64,000 nt of DNA from Marsupella aquatica. Lineage: Eukaryota; Plantae; Marchantiophyta. The position numbers and the translations under genes are program-made. The notes beneath the pieces were generated by a model. The model was not told the DNA's origin and ran no database searches. It saw nothing but the letters and a program-made list of their open reading frames with translations. Below, in pieces: positions 11,097 to 24,199 of this stretch. How positions within the stretch are numbered: position 1 is the first letter of the stretch; each line of letters starts with the position of its first letter. The stretch spans positions 23,076,558-23,140,557 of the forward strand of contig OZ316895.1 of the NCBI GenBank assembly GCA_973895155.1. The letters run 5' to 3'.

Positions 11097-12960
11097 ATGG
11101 TTCACGGTGCTTTAAAGGTAGGTGACACCTTTGAGACCTGGCAGGCACTAAGGCGAGCAATTGTGAATCATGAGGTCTCAACAGACCGGGTAATAACTAC
11201 ATACAAAAAGGGCTCTCTTCATTTCATAGGAAAGTGCAAAATGTGGTGGCATGAAAACCTCGCTCAAAAATGTTATTAGTCAATACGAGTGATCGTGAGC
11301 TCAAAGACAAACTATTATTGTCACTTGACTCAATGACCATCATAATTGTTGTGTTGCAGGCCATTATAGTAGATGGATGCACAATTCCTCAGATTACTTA
11401 GCTACTTAATCTTTGGCATCCTCATTAAAAATAGGCAAAACTCGAGCTTGCTCTTTAAGAGACACAACTCAAGCTATTTTACATCCAGATATGAGGTATC
11501 ATACTGCACATGCAGCCAAAAAGATAGCTCTTATCAGGTTGGATGGTGATGAGAAGGAGTCACTCCATCTAGTCCCAAGTCATTGTCATCATATTTTACA
11601 GAGGGACCCTATTGCCATGGCAAAATATTTTGCACCTGAAGGATCTTTTGAGACTTTGTTTGTGTGTCCTTCAGCCTCTCGAAAGGCTTACACACATTGT
11701 AGGTCTCTCATTGCCTTAGATGGCACACACACAAAATCAGCATATACTCAGATGTTATTGGTTGCCATAGTTCTTGATGCTAATAACACTATCATGCTTT
11801 TGTCCTATTGCATGGTTCCTTCAGAGAATTAGCAATATTGGATGAGATTTCTGACCTTGTTGCATGATGTTATCCCAGAGTTGTCTATTACTGGCACTAG
11901 CTGTTTTTATATCAGATAGAGAGAAGGGGCTTCAAAACGCTGTGAATTCAATTTTCCCTAGGGCATTCCATGCTTTTTGCACATGGCACTTGGGGAAGAA
12001 TCTTCAAGCATACTCCAACAAAGCAGCAAGAAAAGCATTTGAAGGCCTGGTGTATGCTAGCAATGAAGATTAGTTTCTTAGGAGATTGGACCGTATTGCA
12101 GAGGACTTCCCATCTACACATGAGTACATTGTGAAAACTACAGATCTAACTCATTACTCAAGAGCTTTTATGCCATACCCAAGGTAAAAATGTTCTCCTG
12201 TCCCGCACTCTTTGTTCCAGCCAATCTCAACTTCATGTTCCATTGTTACGCGTGGCTAACATTTCAAATGCATTTTAGGTGGGGTCATGAGACATCTCAG
12301 CAAGCGGAGAGTACAAACTGAGCATTGAAATCTGAGCGACAGGAAGTAGCATTCAAGTAGTCAAACCTTATTTCGGACTACATGATGAAGCAATACTATG
12401 AGAAGAGGACATTGGTTGAGTCACTAACTACACCATTCCCTCCCAATATCATGGCTATATTGAGGGACAGATATGATGAATCATACCAACTTGTTACAGA
12501 CCCATCTAGCCCTACAGAGGTTAGAATTACAGATTCAGATGGTAGGCATTTCCTAGTGAGTTTTGAGCCGGTAACGGAATGTTCTTGTGGAGATTTGCAG
12601 GATGTTAGTATCCCATGCATTCATGCTTGGAGAGCCATTACGAGGTTGCACCTTCGGCATTATGATTTCGTGTCACCTTTTAATTCAGCAGGTTCATTTA
12701 GAAGTATGTATATTGGAAGCATCCCATCAATTTTGAAGGATGATCTTGAACCTGATTCATATTGCGGCCCACCTTTGAAGCAAAGAAAATGAGGTCGACC
12801 AACAGAAAAATCAAGACTAAAGTTTCCAGAAGAAGATGGAGTCCGGTTGCCAAGGACTTGTGGATTTTGCAAGCAAAGAGGCCGTGATAGGCAAACTTGC
12901 CAGCTTTGAAAATATCATATTTGACCTGGACAAGCCAAAGAGGTTCATGAAGATCATGAT
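11097..12960 (+). mobile_element. Decayed MuDR/Mutator-type (MULE) transposase pseudogene
   Basis: LIALDGTHTKS, FISDREKGLQNAV, HAFCTWHL (DDE core with CxxH), SWIM finger CSCGDLQDVSIPCIHA, C-terminal knuckle CGFCKQRGRDRQTC; several in-frame stops and frameshifts; probable intron ~12184-12278. Confidence 0.9.
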
Positions 12961-13499
12961 GAGATCTTTGAGTCAGCTGATGAGGAGCAGACTCAAGACA
13001 CAATGGATATACAACAGTTAGCACCTTTTGGGTCAGAATTAGATGAGTGTGGTCCCTCTTTGACTTGTCCTTTCGAGATGGGTTCCTTCACAACCCTTCT
13101 AGCTAGTTGTGCCCCTAGATTTCATTTGCCAACATAGAACACTGAGTATGACAACCTCCCCCCTGTATTACTTGAAGTTGGTAGATGAGTGCCTTATATA
13201 TCAGACAATGTCCACAGGCAGAGCTTTCAAGTAAACAATTTCATGTTCGATCATGACTTATGGATGTCCTTGTGTCATTTTATTTCAGCCTCGTCCTTAT
13301 TATGCTTTAGTTTATTTTTCTCTCTGTGTACACCATGTACGTTGCAACTGCCCCAGAGTTGAAGTCAACAAAGGGTTTGTGTTATGTTATATATTGTCCA
13401 ACAATTCACTATTACTTCTAGCTGCAAACATAATCTCAGAGCTCAAGTGCCTCTCAAGTACTTCATTCATGTAGCCACAAATCATTCAACTGAAACCAC

Positions 13500-14380
13500 T
13501 CTTGAGTGAAGGAAATTGGGTGTCAATTCCAAGAATGATGTACATTGTTAGTGCCAATTTTATTCATGGTAAACCACAATACATTCCGGTAGCAAAACGC
13601 AGCACTCTAAAGCTGGAGACATGTATGCATGGCCTGTGCTATATCTGACCTGTTATGTCTACATAAGCTTGCCCACTATGTATGTAATAAGCATTCTGTG
13701 GCCACTACTGCACTATTTATCATAGACCTTCATTGTCCCAGGCTCCTCATGGAAATAATACATCCCATATAGATTGTCAGAAATAGTATATTCCAGTCAT
13801 CCAGATTACATGGCACCCATTTATGAATGTTGTACAAGGCAAATCCACTCTTGCCATGAACTGTCTCTAGGTAAAACAATTCATACACCAGGCGACAGTC
13901 AGTCTCCTCTTCAAAGCAATAGCACAATTCCCCATCCCGGAATTTCTTGCCTTCAAGTACAATCTCAGTAGGATTTCCAAACTGGATCTTCTGTTGCTGA
14001 CCAAGCTGACAATAGTCAAACCGGAAAACATAAGTTCTCCCAATGTTATCACTCTTCTCCATGGCCCAAAACTCAAACTGAGTTGGGTGTATTGATCCAA
14101 GCTCGGGTGAAGTCATTCCAGCTGGAAGAATCAAGCTTCCACTTCCATTTCGGATTCGTGAGAAATATGTGATACTCCTTTATGTAATCCTCCATGGCTG
14201 CTTGGGTGAAACAACAAGATTGTATGTCGTTTGTGACAGACAGCCTGAACATAGCACCCATAGAAAATGGTGAATTAAAATCATCATACTGAATGGACCC
14301 AACCCACAGAACAAGAGAATATATAATTTAAGCATACTAAAGTGATTGCAGAACTGAGTGGAGTGTACACAAAGCATACC
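13500..14380 (-). pseudogene. Degenerate convergent ORF, probably a second gene or cargo of the MULE
   Basis: Overlapping frameshifted minus-strand ORFs 14073-14261 and 13730-14134 with protein-like composition, convergent with the transposase. Confidence 0.35.
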
Positions 14381-16219
14381 TATCCCATTGGGGTCTGAAA
14401 GCAGGGCTTACCCGCTTCCTCAAAGATTCCACTCTCTCCTTCTTTGGATTGAAAATTGGAGCCTTATCAAACTTGCCCAACGGAACAGGGACAGCGGCAG
14501 CCATTTTTTCGCAAATCAGAAAAGTGCCAACTCCCTAATTAATCCAATCGAGCAACACAAAGCAGTGAAAATGTTTGTTGCCTCACCTCAACACCAATGT
14601 CCCGGAGAACCATTTTACTCCTACACCTTTAAGTCTGCAACGGCCACCCAGGTTGTAAGATTGCTGGCTAGTTTCACCTACCTTTAAATCAGTTTTCGGG
14701 ATGTAGAGCGCACTCGATGCACTCTCCTTACCATTAAAACTGAGACTTTTCTACCTTACATTGTGGCGTTCAAGTGACAAAAATGTTCTCAGCCGCGATG
14801 TTTGTCAAAAACAGTGAGAAAACCTTCACAAAAACGGGAAGGAGGATAACTCATACTCTATCCAGGAATTGCAATCTACTACGCTGACATCTCATACCAG
14901 CCAGACAACATGTACGAGAGAATTGAAATGAAGAGTCATTCTGCGCAGCTTGTGAGTGTTACCAAAAAGTAAGCCCTTGCTTATCACACCGGCTATGGGA
15001 AAACTTTGAATGTGGGCACAGGCAGCTAGAATGCTTCACTGGTGCGTCCACTTCGCTGGACACAAGGGGTCACCAAACAACAGAGTGCTTGAGTACAGTG
15101 CGGCTCCACAAAAACTGTCTTGCATGTCACCCTAAATCTCCAGTGCTCCCTTCGCAAAATACATAGCTTTCGATCTGTTTTCTTTGGTGGGAGCTCGACA
15201 ATTCCTGGATTGTGTATCTTGGATTGATTGAAATCCCCCTCTTTCTTACCTTTGGCACCATTAAATAAACAAAAGAATTCAAAATTAAATAAAGTGAAGA
15301 AAAAAATAGGGAGTTAAAAGAAAAATTAACCCATTTTGCTTCCTTTTAAAGTTTCATAATCATACACTATGCAAAAATCCAAAAAGTTTGTGAGGTCCCA
15401 AAACTTTCTACTTCCTATCTGTGTACTTTAATAAAAGAGAAAGACACATTTTAGATGAGGTTACATAAGAATCATCTCATGTACTCTATATTCTACTCTA
15501 AGGAGAAGTATATCATTTGACACTCCTGATCAAGCAATCCATGAGTACACAAAAAACTTTAAGAACATCTGACGGCTCAGGTTGATTCCCTCCATTTTCA
15601 AGAACATCTGATGGCTCAGGTTGATTCCCTCTATTTTCAATTTTGTAAACAGACAAAGAAGATTTTGGCCACATTGCATATTATAGAAGTAGATAGGAAA
15701 GAGATGAAGGAAACTTTTATTCAATTTGTCTTTTGTGTTTATTTCATTCTTTTGTTTTTTCTCTTTGTTTGTTCCTTTTATGTCGATGTCATTTGTTTCT
15801 CTTCTTACTTTTTCTTTGGGAGAACGGTGGGGATTATTATTTTTTCTTGGGAGAAGGATGGGAATAAGCACTTACAACATTGTTTTCAAATTGAGTGTAA
15901 TTCTCATCCATTACCAATAAAACACTCTCTCACATTAGTGAACTAAATTTAATATTTGCTCATTGAATATATACTCTTTTAAGTTCAGCCTATAGTGACC
16001 AAACTCTCTTTGGTCACCTTTGAAAGTCTCCTTTGAAAGGTTTTGTTGTTGCACCTTTATAAACATCGTTGAAAAGGGTAGTTCAGCGAGTCAGCAGAGG
16101 AGAGAAGAGAATCGAAAGAATGTCACACTGCTCTCGAAAGCTGGACAGAGGTGACGATGCGATGTGTTGCTGATTAGTCCTTCCGAGTTAGAATTTCCGC
16201 TCGCGAATTGTGTTCACAC

Positions 16220-16341
16220 TCTTTGATCGATTTGTCTCATCATCACTTCGCTTTCAGTCTCCAGAGACAGAGACAGATGTTGGAGATGTTGTGTTGATAC
16301 TCCTTTTAATCGATTTGCCACATCACTTCTCTTCCAGTCTC

Positions 16342-16410
<69 letters not shown>

Positions 16411-16460
16411 GTGTTTATACTCCTTTAATCGATTTGCCACATCACTTCTCTTTCAGTCTC

Positions 16461-16534
<74 letters not shown>
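16220..16534 (+). repeat. Three copies of a ~45-bp unit (atcgatttg..catcacttc..cagtctcca); the second and third are followed by (GA)n microsatellites at 16353-16408 and 16464-16534
   Basis: Directly visible; lies in the likely promoter/5' leader of the oxidoreductase gene. Confidence 0.9.
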
Positions 16535-16535
<1 letters not shown>

Positions 16536-17260
16536 GCCACCAAATGGTCGAAGCAGCAGCTGTACGAATGAACGAAGAAGGCTCCAATTGAGGGTATGTA
16601 TGCAGCAATGAAGATTCCTGGGTTGGATTCTGTTTTCGGATAATGGAAAGATTGATTGATGAGCAATTGATCTTTGAGAACTGAAATGGATGAGATGGTC
16701 GAGCCAAATTCCGTGCCTCGCCTGCTCCTACACCCGTGGACATTCTCATTTACCCCGAAGAATCGGAATCGACGCTCCAACTTCCCTGCAGCAGGGACGT
16801 CCGTGGCCTTGAGACTCAGTATTCGTGTGGGCCGGGATCCCAGCTGAGTACGTGGACCTGAATCAATTGAGGAAATTCATTGAACCATTCAGGATGCAAT
16901 TCTGCGATTGGGGTGTGTTATACGTGTTAGTGCAGTAGAAGATGAGCTGAATTTCCTCGATTGATTCAGGTCCATTCAGGTCCATTTCATTCCATCAGGC
17001 TCTTGTTGCCCTTTGTGCTGGACCAGTGGAGAGTAAACTTGTTCAAGCTCAGTGGGTAGCCGGACATTTGTTGGTGTGGAAAGCTTGGTCTCGGAGGATT
17101 CGTGGTATTTGTAGAGGGTTCCATTTAATCTGTTCTTTTGCACGGAAAATCCGTTGTGCAGGGGGTATATTTGAGCCGACTTTCGCCGTTTCTGATCTTT
17201 CAAGCTCTGATTGGCAAAACCATTCTTGTGGGATTGAATTCTGTGAGCTACTTCGACATC

Positions 17261-20200
17261 ATGGCGTTGAGTGTTGGGCAAGCAGCTTTTGTGACTGGGG
17301 CAGGCTCGGGCATCGGTGAGTTATTCTCCATCTCACATTTGCAATAGGGTTGTTGCTGCAGCTGTTGAGTTGACAAGATTTCCGCCCGATTGCATACCTT
17401 GAAGCTTCCATATGTTGTCCAAGTGTTGGTAAGGCCATTATCGGAAAATGAGCGGCAGCTCAGGCATTTCATCCGATTGCTCTTTTACTTCCGGTGGACC
17501 TTTAAGGGATTCTCTGCGGATCTCTCAACTTACAAATTCTCTCGTTTTGATTATGGAACTAGTTCGAGCTATAGCATTCGTCTTACGCGACCTAACTCAA
17601 TCCTGGAAGTATAGGGGCATTTTACACCAGTTGAAGCACTAGGTTGTGGTCAGCTTGGCCCAATTTTGAAGAGTTCATGTCCACAATCATGCAATGGTGG
17701 CAGCACAACCCTCCATGATACAACGATAAGATCTAGCTTCAACATTTTACTTCCTGGTAGCTCGGAGCCTCTTCAATTGACTCTCAGGTCATCGACCGAG
17801 GGGACTTTAAAATCAAACTCAGTTTCAATTCTATCGTCTTGGACGAGAACAACAGTTGGTTTGCTGGTAAGGGAAACTAGTTAATTGGATGTAAAAAAGA
17901 ACCTCAACATCAAAGTCTACATCAATGTTAAGGTCTAGAAGTAGGCTGTGCTCACCGCCTTCACAACTATCCCGAAATTCTGTTGAGAAAATACGGATCC
18001 TCACTTTGAAATCAAGTCTCTGGACGCAAACTCTCCTCGGCTTGTCAAGGTTTCGAGCAATCACGTGAAGTGTTTTTTTTTTCTCGTTGCAGGGCGGGCT
18101 GTTTCCGTGGCTCTCGCCGCAAGAGGGCTGACAGTCACAGTGGCTGAGCTCTCTGTAGCAGATGGGCAAGAGACAGTGCGCCTGATTGAAGCCGAGCATG
18201 CCAAACTTCCTGATAAACCTAAATCACCTTCAGCAATATTCATACAATGCGATGTCCAAATTCCAGGTATCTGAGTGTCTTCACCGTCCACATGCATGGC
18301 TTAAATTGGGAACATTCAACAGTGAGGATTGTCCAAAGGAAGTTGCGTCAGCACTGACTTTTGAATTTTTATGTGTAAACAGAACAGTTGTTCGATGCAT
18401 TTGCGTTACATGAACGCACATTTGGAAGGTTGGATGTATTAGTGAACAATGCCGGTCTAGGCGAATATGACTCTTTTACGGACGACCTTTCCAGAGATGG
18501 CAAAGGATCAGTTTGGCGGAAAACGATGAATGTTAACTTAACAGCCACAATTGACGGCACACGCCTTGGAGTAAGTTGAATTCGTGATTGAAGTACATTT
18601 TGCTCTTACATTGCTCACTTCGACAATTCAGGTTCCAACATGGCCTGCCAATTCAAATATCGTCCCTCAAATGGGCAGCAGGATCATGTGTCTTCTATAG
18701 TGTACGAACCTCGTTGCCTTTCCAGCCATAAACTTATCGTATCGGCTCACTTTTGCAAAGTGTTGAATTTTTCAGGTCCAGTTGATGAGACGGACAAAAG
18801 TACCAGGAGTTATTGTCAATATGGCGTCAGCTGCAGGACTATATCCCGCCTTCGAGATGCCAATATACTCGAGCTCGAAAGGTTTGCAAAGCTTCTGATC
18901 CAATATTTTGGAAAGCCTTCGAGTAGCTCAGGAGAAACGATCCTCTAGTCATAGTCTTGCACCAGGGAGGACATGTGATTGTAAAACTTGAGAGCCCTTC
19001 AGATAACGATCTGCTATCTGCAAGCAATTCAACCGTCTGGTTTGGACCCGCGAAATTGCACCTCTTTGTCTGATAGAACCTAGATTCATTTTAAAGCTCA
19101 AGTAAAGACCGCCTCATTACCAAAAGGGTCACCAATGGTCGCTAACAAGGTCCACTTAAAGAAAACAGTTCTGATCTGATCTTCCCATTTCTTTTTAGTT
19201 TTCATGTCAAGTTACCCGTCGACCAAATTTTTGGCATTGTCCAGCGCCTTGGGTACTACCTTGTATGTCTTGTGTGAATGTCAACTCTGAAAGATAATAG
19301 CTGCAACCAGTAACTTTGGTTGGGAAATGACAAAGTGACACTGTCAATCATTGTAATTGCTTTCAAGATCAGGGAAATACGAGATAGGAACAGGGTGTTA
19401 TGGATCTGAAATGTACCTTACATCCGGTTACATCTTGTGCAGCGGGGGTTGTGCTGTTTACAAGGTCTCTCAAATTACTGAGGAAAGAGGGCATTCGTGT
19501 GAATGCGTGTTGTCCAGAGGTAAAACTATTTGTCCTGGGCATCTGGTCTGTCACGATTGGGCTAGCGTCCTTCTCTGTGGACTTGTTTACTCCTTATTTG
19601 CAACGTTAGGCAGTGTCTTGATATCGGCTGTAATGTTTCCTTTGCGTCCATGCAGCAGAATTTTGTAAGCTTCTATGTTGATATAGTCATGTCTTTTTGT
19701 CTGAAATCGCAGTTCATCAAGACAAACATGACTGCAAAGCTCCCACCACATTATATATTGGATGGTTTTGTATCCATGGACGACATAGTTAAAGGCAAGC
19801 ACACTGCCTTGTAAACTCACCATTGATATGGTTTACAAGTTACATTGTGTCGTACTGGAAAGGCGACATCTGCACATCTCACAGCAGAAGCAAAGCAACT
19901 TTTTGAATCTGAAGAGTTTTTGACTCCAAAGTGGTACTCAAGTTGTTACTGTAAACCGTGATTGACATTTCAAAACTATATTTAGTTTTAGGTGTAAACT
20001 ATATATTTACTGTAAACTGATCTAATTTAGTTTTAGGTGTTGAAAAATCTGTTGGCAGATCTCGGCAGTTAATCAAGACCGTACACAACTTAACAATGAG
20101 AACTTTCTGTCAAAGAACTGTCGATCTTGTACTATTGTATTTGAGGGGGTGGCTATCCCTGCATGCAATGATCTGCAGGTATCTTTCAGCTGGTGGAGGA

Positions 20201-23200
20201 TAAAACTCGAGCAGGAGATTGCCTTTGGGTCACAAAGAGGCGTGGTTTTGAGTATTGGCCTACAAGGGAAGAGATCGCAAAGTATGAATTTCCTATGGCA
20301 TTGCGTCCGGCATACAAAACGAAGTTCAAATACAGTGACCCTCCATCAATCCCAAAAGAGTATCGGAAAGTGTAAGCTGTTTACTGAGCATCTTATTTTT
20401 GGCACGACACAAGCTTTAATGTATAGTAGTTTGAGAGGACATTATGAGGCATTCTGTTCTCTCTGCGGTATGAGAACTTTATGAAATACAATCCTCACTT
20501 CTTACGTAGGTTGTCAATTATATAGACAATCTTTACCAATGCCTGCCGTGAATGGCGATAAGGAGACAGGTCTAATGGTTTTCAGTTGATATTCTGTCAA
20601 GATTGTACCTTCGTTGTATCCCAGAGCCCTGTGATTCTTCCCGAGTACGCTAGTTTGAATGGAAACACAGGTGTCGTTTTCATATACAACCGTATTATAA
20701 CTGCTTAAAACATTTGCACCCCTTGGCTTTCGTTGTTAATATCATGCTGTGGAAATGTTGTGAGACATTCCCAGAAGATATTTGCATTACAACCACGAAT
20801 TCCGTGATTTGACAATTTCCTTGTGTTGCAGTGTAATTCATAAGCTTACACATGACTTCAGGGCAGCTTCAAAAATAGTAACCGTCACCTTCAGAATGCC
20901 TGTAAAACCTGGCTGTGTCCTGATCAAGTATCTCTATGCAGGAGTCAATGCTAGTGATGTAAGCTATCCATTCTAATCTCTTACTCAGGCAATAGAGTTC
21001 TACCTATCTGCACGAGTCACTAAAACTAGTATGACAGTATTGCAGCAGCAACTTCATGTCAGTAGTCCTTGTTGTGAGAAACTGAGCGTGGGGTACTCCT
21101 CGTTGGAGGTTCGACTGCAAGATGTCAACTGTGGCAGTAGTAGAATTGTATGCCTCGCGCGTGCTGATAACAAGTAGATCCAATGCTGCAGGTGAACTTC
21201 AGCTCAGGACGTTACCATGGCCCTGGAGAGGCAGAAAAGCTTCTCCCTATGAATGCAGGATTTGAGGTAACCATGGCCTTATCCTTAATGTATGGTGATA
21301 ACAGTTTTGGATACAAGAGTTACTTTAGTCGGCAACCAGTTCAATAATGCATCTCGTCTTTTCCTAGTACTGACAGGGGCAATTTACTGTCTAGGCTGTT
21401 GGGATTGTTGCTGGAGTCGGTGAAGGAGTGGACTCAACCTCCTTCAAGTTGGGATCACCAGTCGCAACACTTACCTACGGCGGCTTTGCAGAGTTTAAAG
21501 AGGTCTGTGCCTTCACATGATTTCGGTGATTAACAGTAATTCAACCAAAAAAAACTTACTACCTCGCTGGGAAGAAGTGACACAATCCATATGACAGAAG
21601 GTAGCTGTGTGGAATGAGTCAAAAGTCACCTATCTGACAACAATTTTACTGCATCTGAAGATCTTATTTGGAGGGTAAAACTTGCAATCCTATCAACAAA
21701 ATCGGAAATCAATTAATTTGTCATGATTAAGAATTTGACGCTCCAGGTTTGCATGTGTTAGCCTTTCTGTCTGTGCTAAAAGAAATCAATGGAAAAACGT
21801 ATTATGGACTTGACCGGGGAGTGATATTAATGAAGCTTAAAGCTTGATGAATCATGATCTGTCAAATGCAGGCTAATCACAAACAAGTGATTCAGGTGCC
21901 TGTAGCAGTTCCTGAAATAGTAGCCCTTCTGACTTCAGGTCTCACAGCTGCCATTTCCTTGGAGCAGGTAAAACTCGCTTTTTCATTTCTGTAGAACAAC
22001 TAGATCTAGCATGCTTTCTCGGATCCCGATTGGGTTAAGCCTGCAGGCAGACCGGACTAGCACTGCGAGGGCTTCCTCATTAACGTCATCTCAATTCTGA
22101 TACCATGAATTTTTATGTGTTCTCTAGCCTGAGATGATTGTGCCTGTAGACAGGGAGAATGAAATCTGGGGAGACAGTCTTGGTAACAGCCGCTGCAGGA
22201 GGAACTGGTCAATTTGCCGTTCAGGTAAGGAATTGGTCAAAGTGAAACTTTCGAACTTGTTTGTCATCTGAGCTAGTGCGACGTATCTGTCATATATGAA
22301 TGAAGTAAATTAGTTTAGTTTATGACGTCATTTTGCTGCGTACTTGCTTCTTATTGTTCCTCGCAAAAGTAGCCCGGGATAAGCAAATTGCGTTTATCAC
22401 ACTCGCTGTTATCGAAGACAAGTGACTTGCTTAAGCCTTTTGAATCTTTTGCGCATTCCTCCGGATGATATGAGTTTTCTGTTGACTCTAGTTATGTTAA
22501 ACTCACAAATTTTCATCTACAGCTTGCCAAATTAGCGGGGAACAAAGTGGTGGCCACATGTGGAGGGCAAGAAAAAGCAGAGTTTCTGAAAGGTCTCGGT
22601 GTTGATCGAGTTATCGATTATAAGAAGGAGGACTTAAAATCAGTAAGTCCTGATCTTGCCGAATATTTTTCCTGTTACTTTATGTTGTAATAGGACAGTT
22701 TTTCCTTTTTGTATTAAATTTTCCATTCTACACGTCATCAAGGGCCGCTGATTTTCCCTTGTGGAAGTTTTCTTTGATTTGATGGAGGGACCAGATTTTT
22801 TAATGGCTTTGTTTTCCCTTTTAGGGTGAATCTCAGCAGTGGACAGGATTATCTGGAAACGTTTTGTCATTTTCTACGAAGCTTAATGAATTGCAGTGTT
22901 TTCTTGGTCTGCGTATGTATTTTTTAGGTACTGAAGACCGAATTCCCTAATGGAATTGATCTAATTTATGAATCAGTTGGAGGGGAGATGTTCAAAACAT
23001 GCTTGAATTCACTGGCAAAATTCGGTCGCATTATTGTCATTGGGATGATCTCTCAGGTATTCGACATGGGAATGTCTCTTCGAACTCAGCATATGATTTA
23101 GTGGATCTTTCTTGGACATGGCGGATGTCAAAGACTCGTGATTTGCATAGCAAAAGTATTAGAGGGTATGATCATTGGAAAAACATTTGATCGGTTTGTG

Positions 23201-24199
23201 CAGTATCAAGGAGAGACCGGTTGGGAGCCATCAACTCATCCGGGCCTTGTTGAGAAGATTTTAAACAAGTCTCAAACTGTGGTATGTTTTGGACGACCTG
23301 CAAAATTCACGCCTCTCATGATGTCAGCGGTCCCTGAAACTGCATCGAGTAGAATTCCTCAGAGTTCAAAAAAGATGGAAAGTCAGCACCCTCGATGGTT
23401 ATTTGTCAAAACTAAATCTAGTCCAAAATGCCAACTTCATTTACATGAGAAAAAGTAAGAACTCTGGAAAATGTTCCAACAGGCTGGATTCTTCCTCGTT
23501 GATTATTCTCGTCTGTGGCGGGACCAAACAGCTCGTCTGGCAACGCTTTACTTGGACGGAAAGCTCAAGGTATGAACACAGAGCATCAGTCGTTTCAGAC
23601 AGTACGGGAGCATTGAATCGTGGTGGTTGCAATTACAACTTCCTCTAATGTCCTTTGAAAACTCTTATGAATTTTGTAATCAAATTTGGGAATGTGGCAG
23701 GTTTTCCTGGACCCTAAACCTTTCGTAGGGTTGGAGTCGGTAGCAGATGCGGTGGAGTATCTGCATTCGGGTGGCAGTGTTGGAAAGGTATGTGCATTTT
23801 GCATCTACGAAACTTTCTTCTTTGATATTATGAGAACTGCATTGTTCAGTTTCCTGGTTTTGCCTGTACCTTTAGGAACTTCTGTTCCTCCGTAATCGTC
23901 GTAGGTAGATACAACTTGGGAGGTGCCGACGTAGTGTCGTTGATGCTAGACTCCTCGCCCTATTTTACAGTGCAAGTGACTCTGTCATGGACGCAAACTT
24001 TATGGTCCTGGCCTTTGTGTAGTATTTGGAGCACTGCGAAGAGACGTTGGATTCTCGCATGATTTTTCAAGCTTGGGTAAGATGACTGAGTCTGCAGATT
24101 AGGGGAGTCTTTGTTACTAACTCCAGAACTGTGACAATCATCTCGTTGCAGGTTATTGTGCAAATAGACGCAGCATCAAGCAGGAAGTCACGACTTTAG
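17261..24199 (+). CDS. Peroxisomal SDR + zinc-binding dehydrogenase/quinone oxidoreductase fusion (plant ARP/NQR-like). Approximate exons: 17261-17315, 18093-18266, 18383-18570, 18776-18881, 19443-19519, 19713-19794, 20179-20371, 20832-20958, 21192-21266, 21395-21502, 21872-21967, 22150-22224, 22523-22642, 22928-23056, 23204-23281, 23483-23569, 23701-23787, 24152-24199
   Basis: TGAGSGIG Rossmann motif, LDVLVNNAG, catalytic YSSSK, GIRVNACCPE, CLWVTKRRGFEYWP linker; MDR motifs YAGVNASDVNFSSG, LLTSGLTA, VTAAAGGTGQFAVQLAK, YESVGG, ADAVEYLHSG; C-terminal SRL* (PTS1); exon phases consistent where checked. Confidence 0.93.

Noticed and set aside
15560-15640. 39-bp tandem duplication
   Set aside because: Ordinary slippage-type duplication
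16210-16780. ERERER / LSLSLS ORFs
   Set aside because: Translations of (GA)n microsatellites
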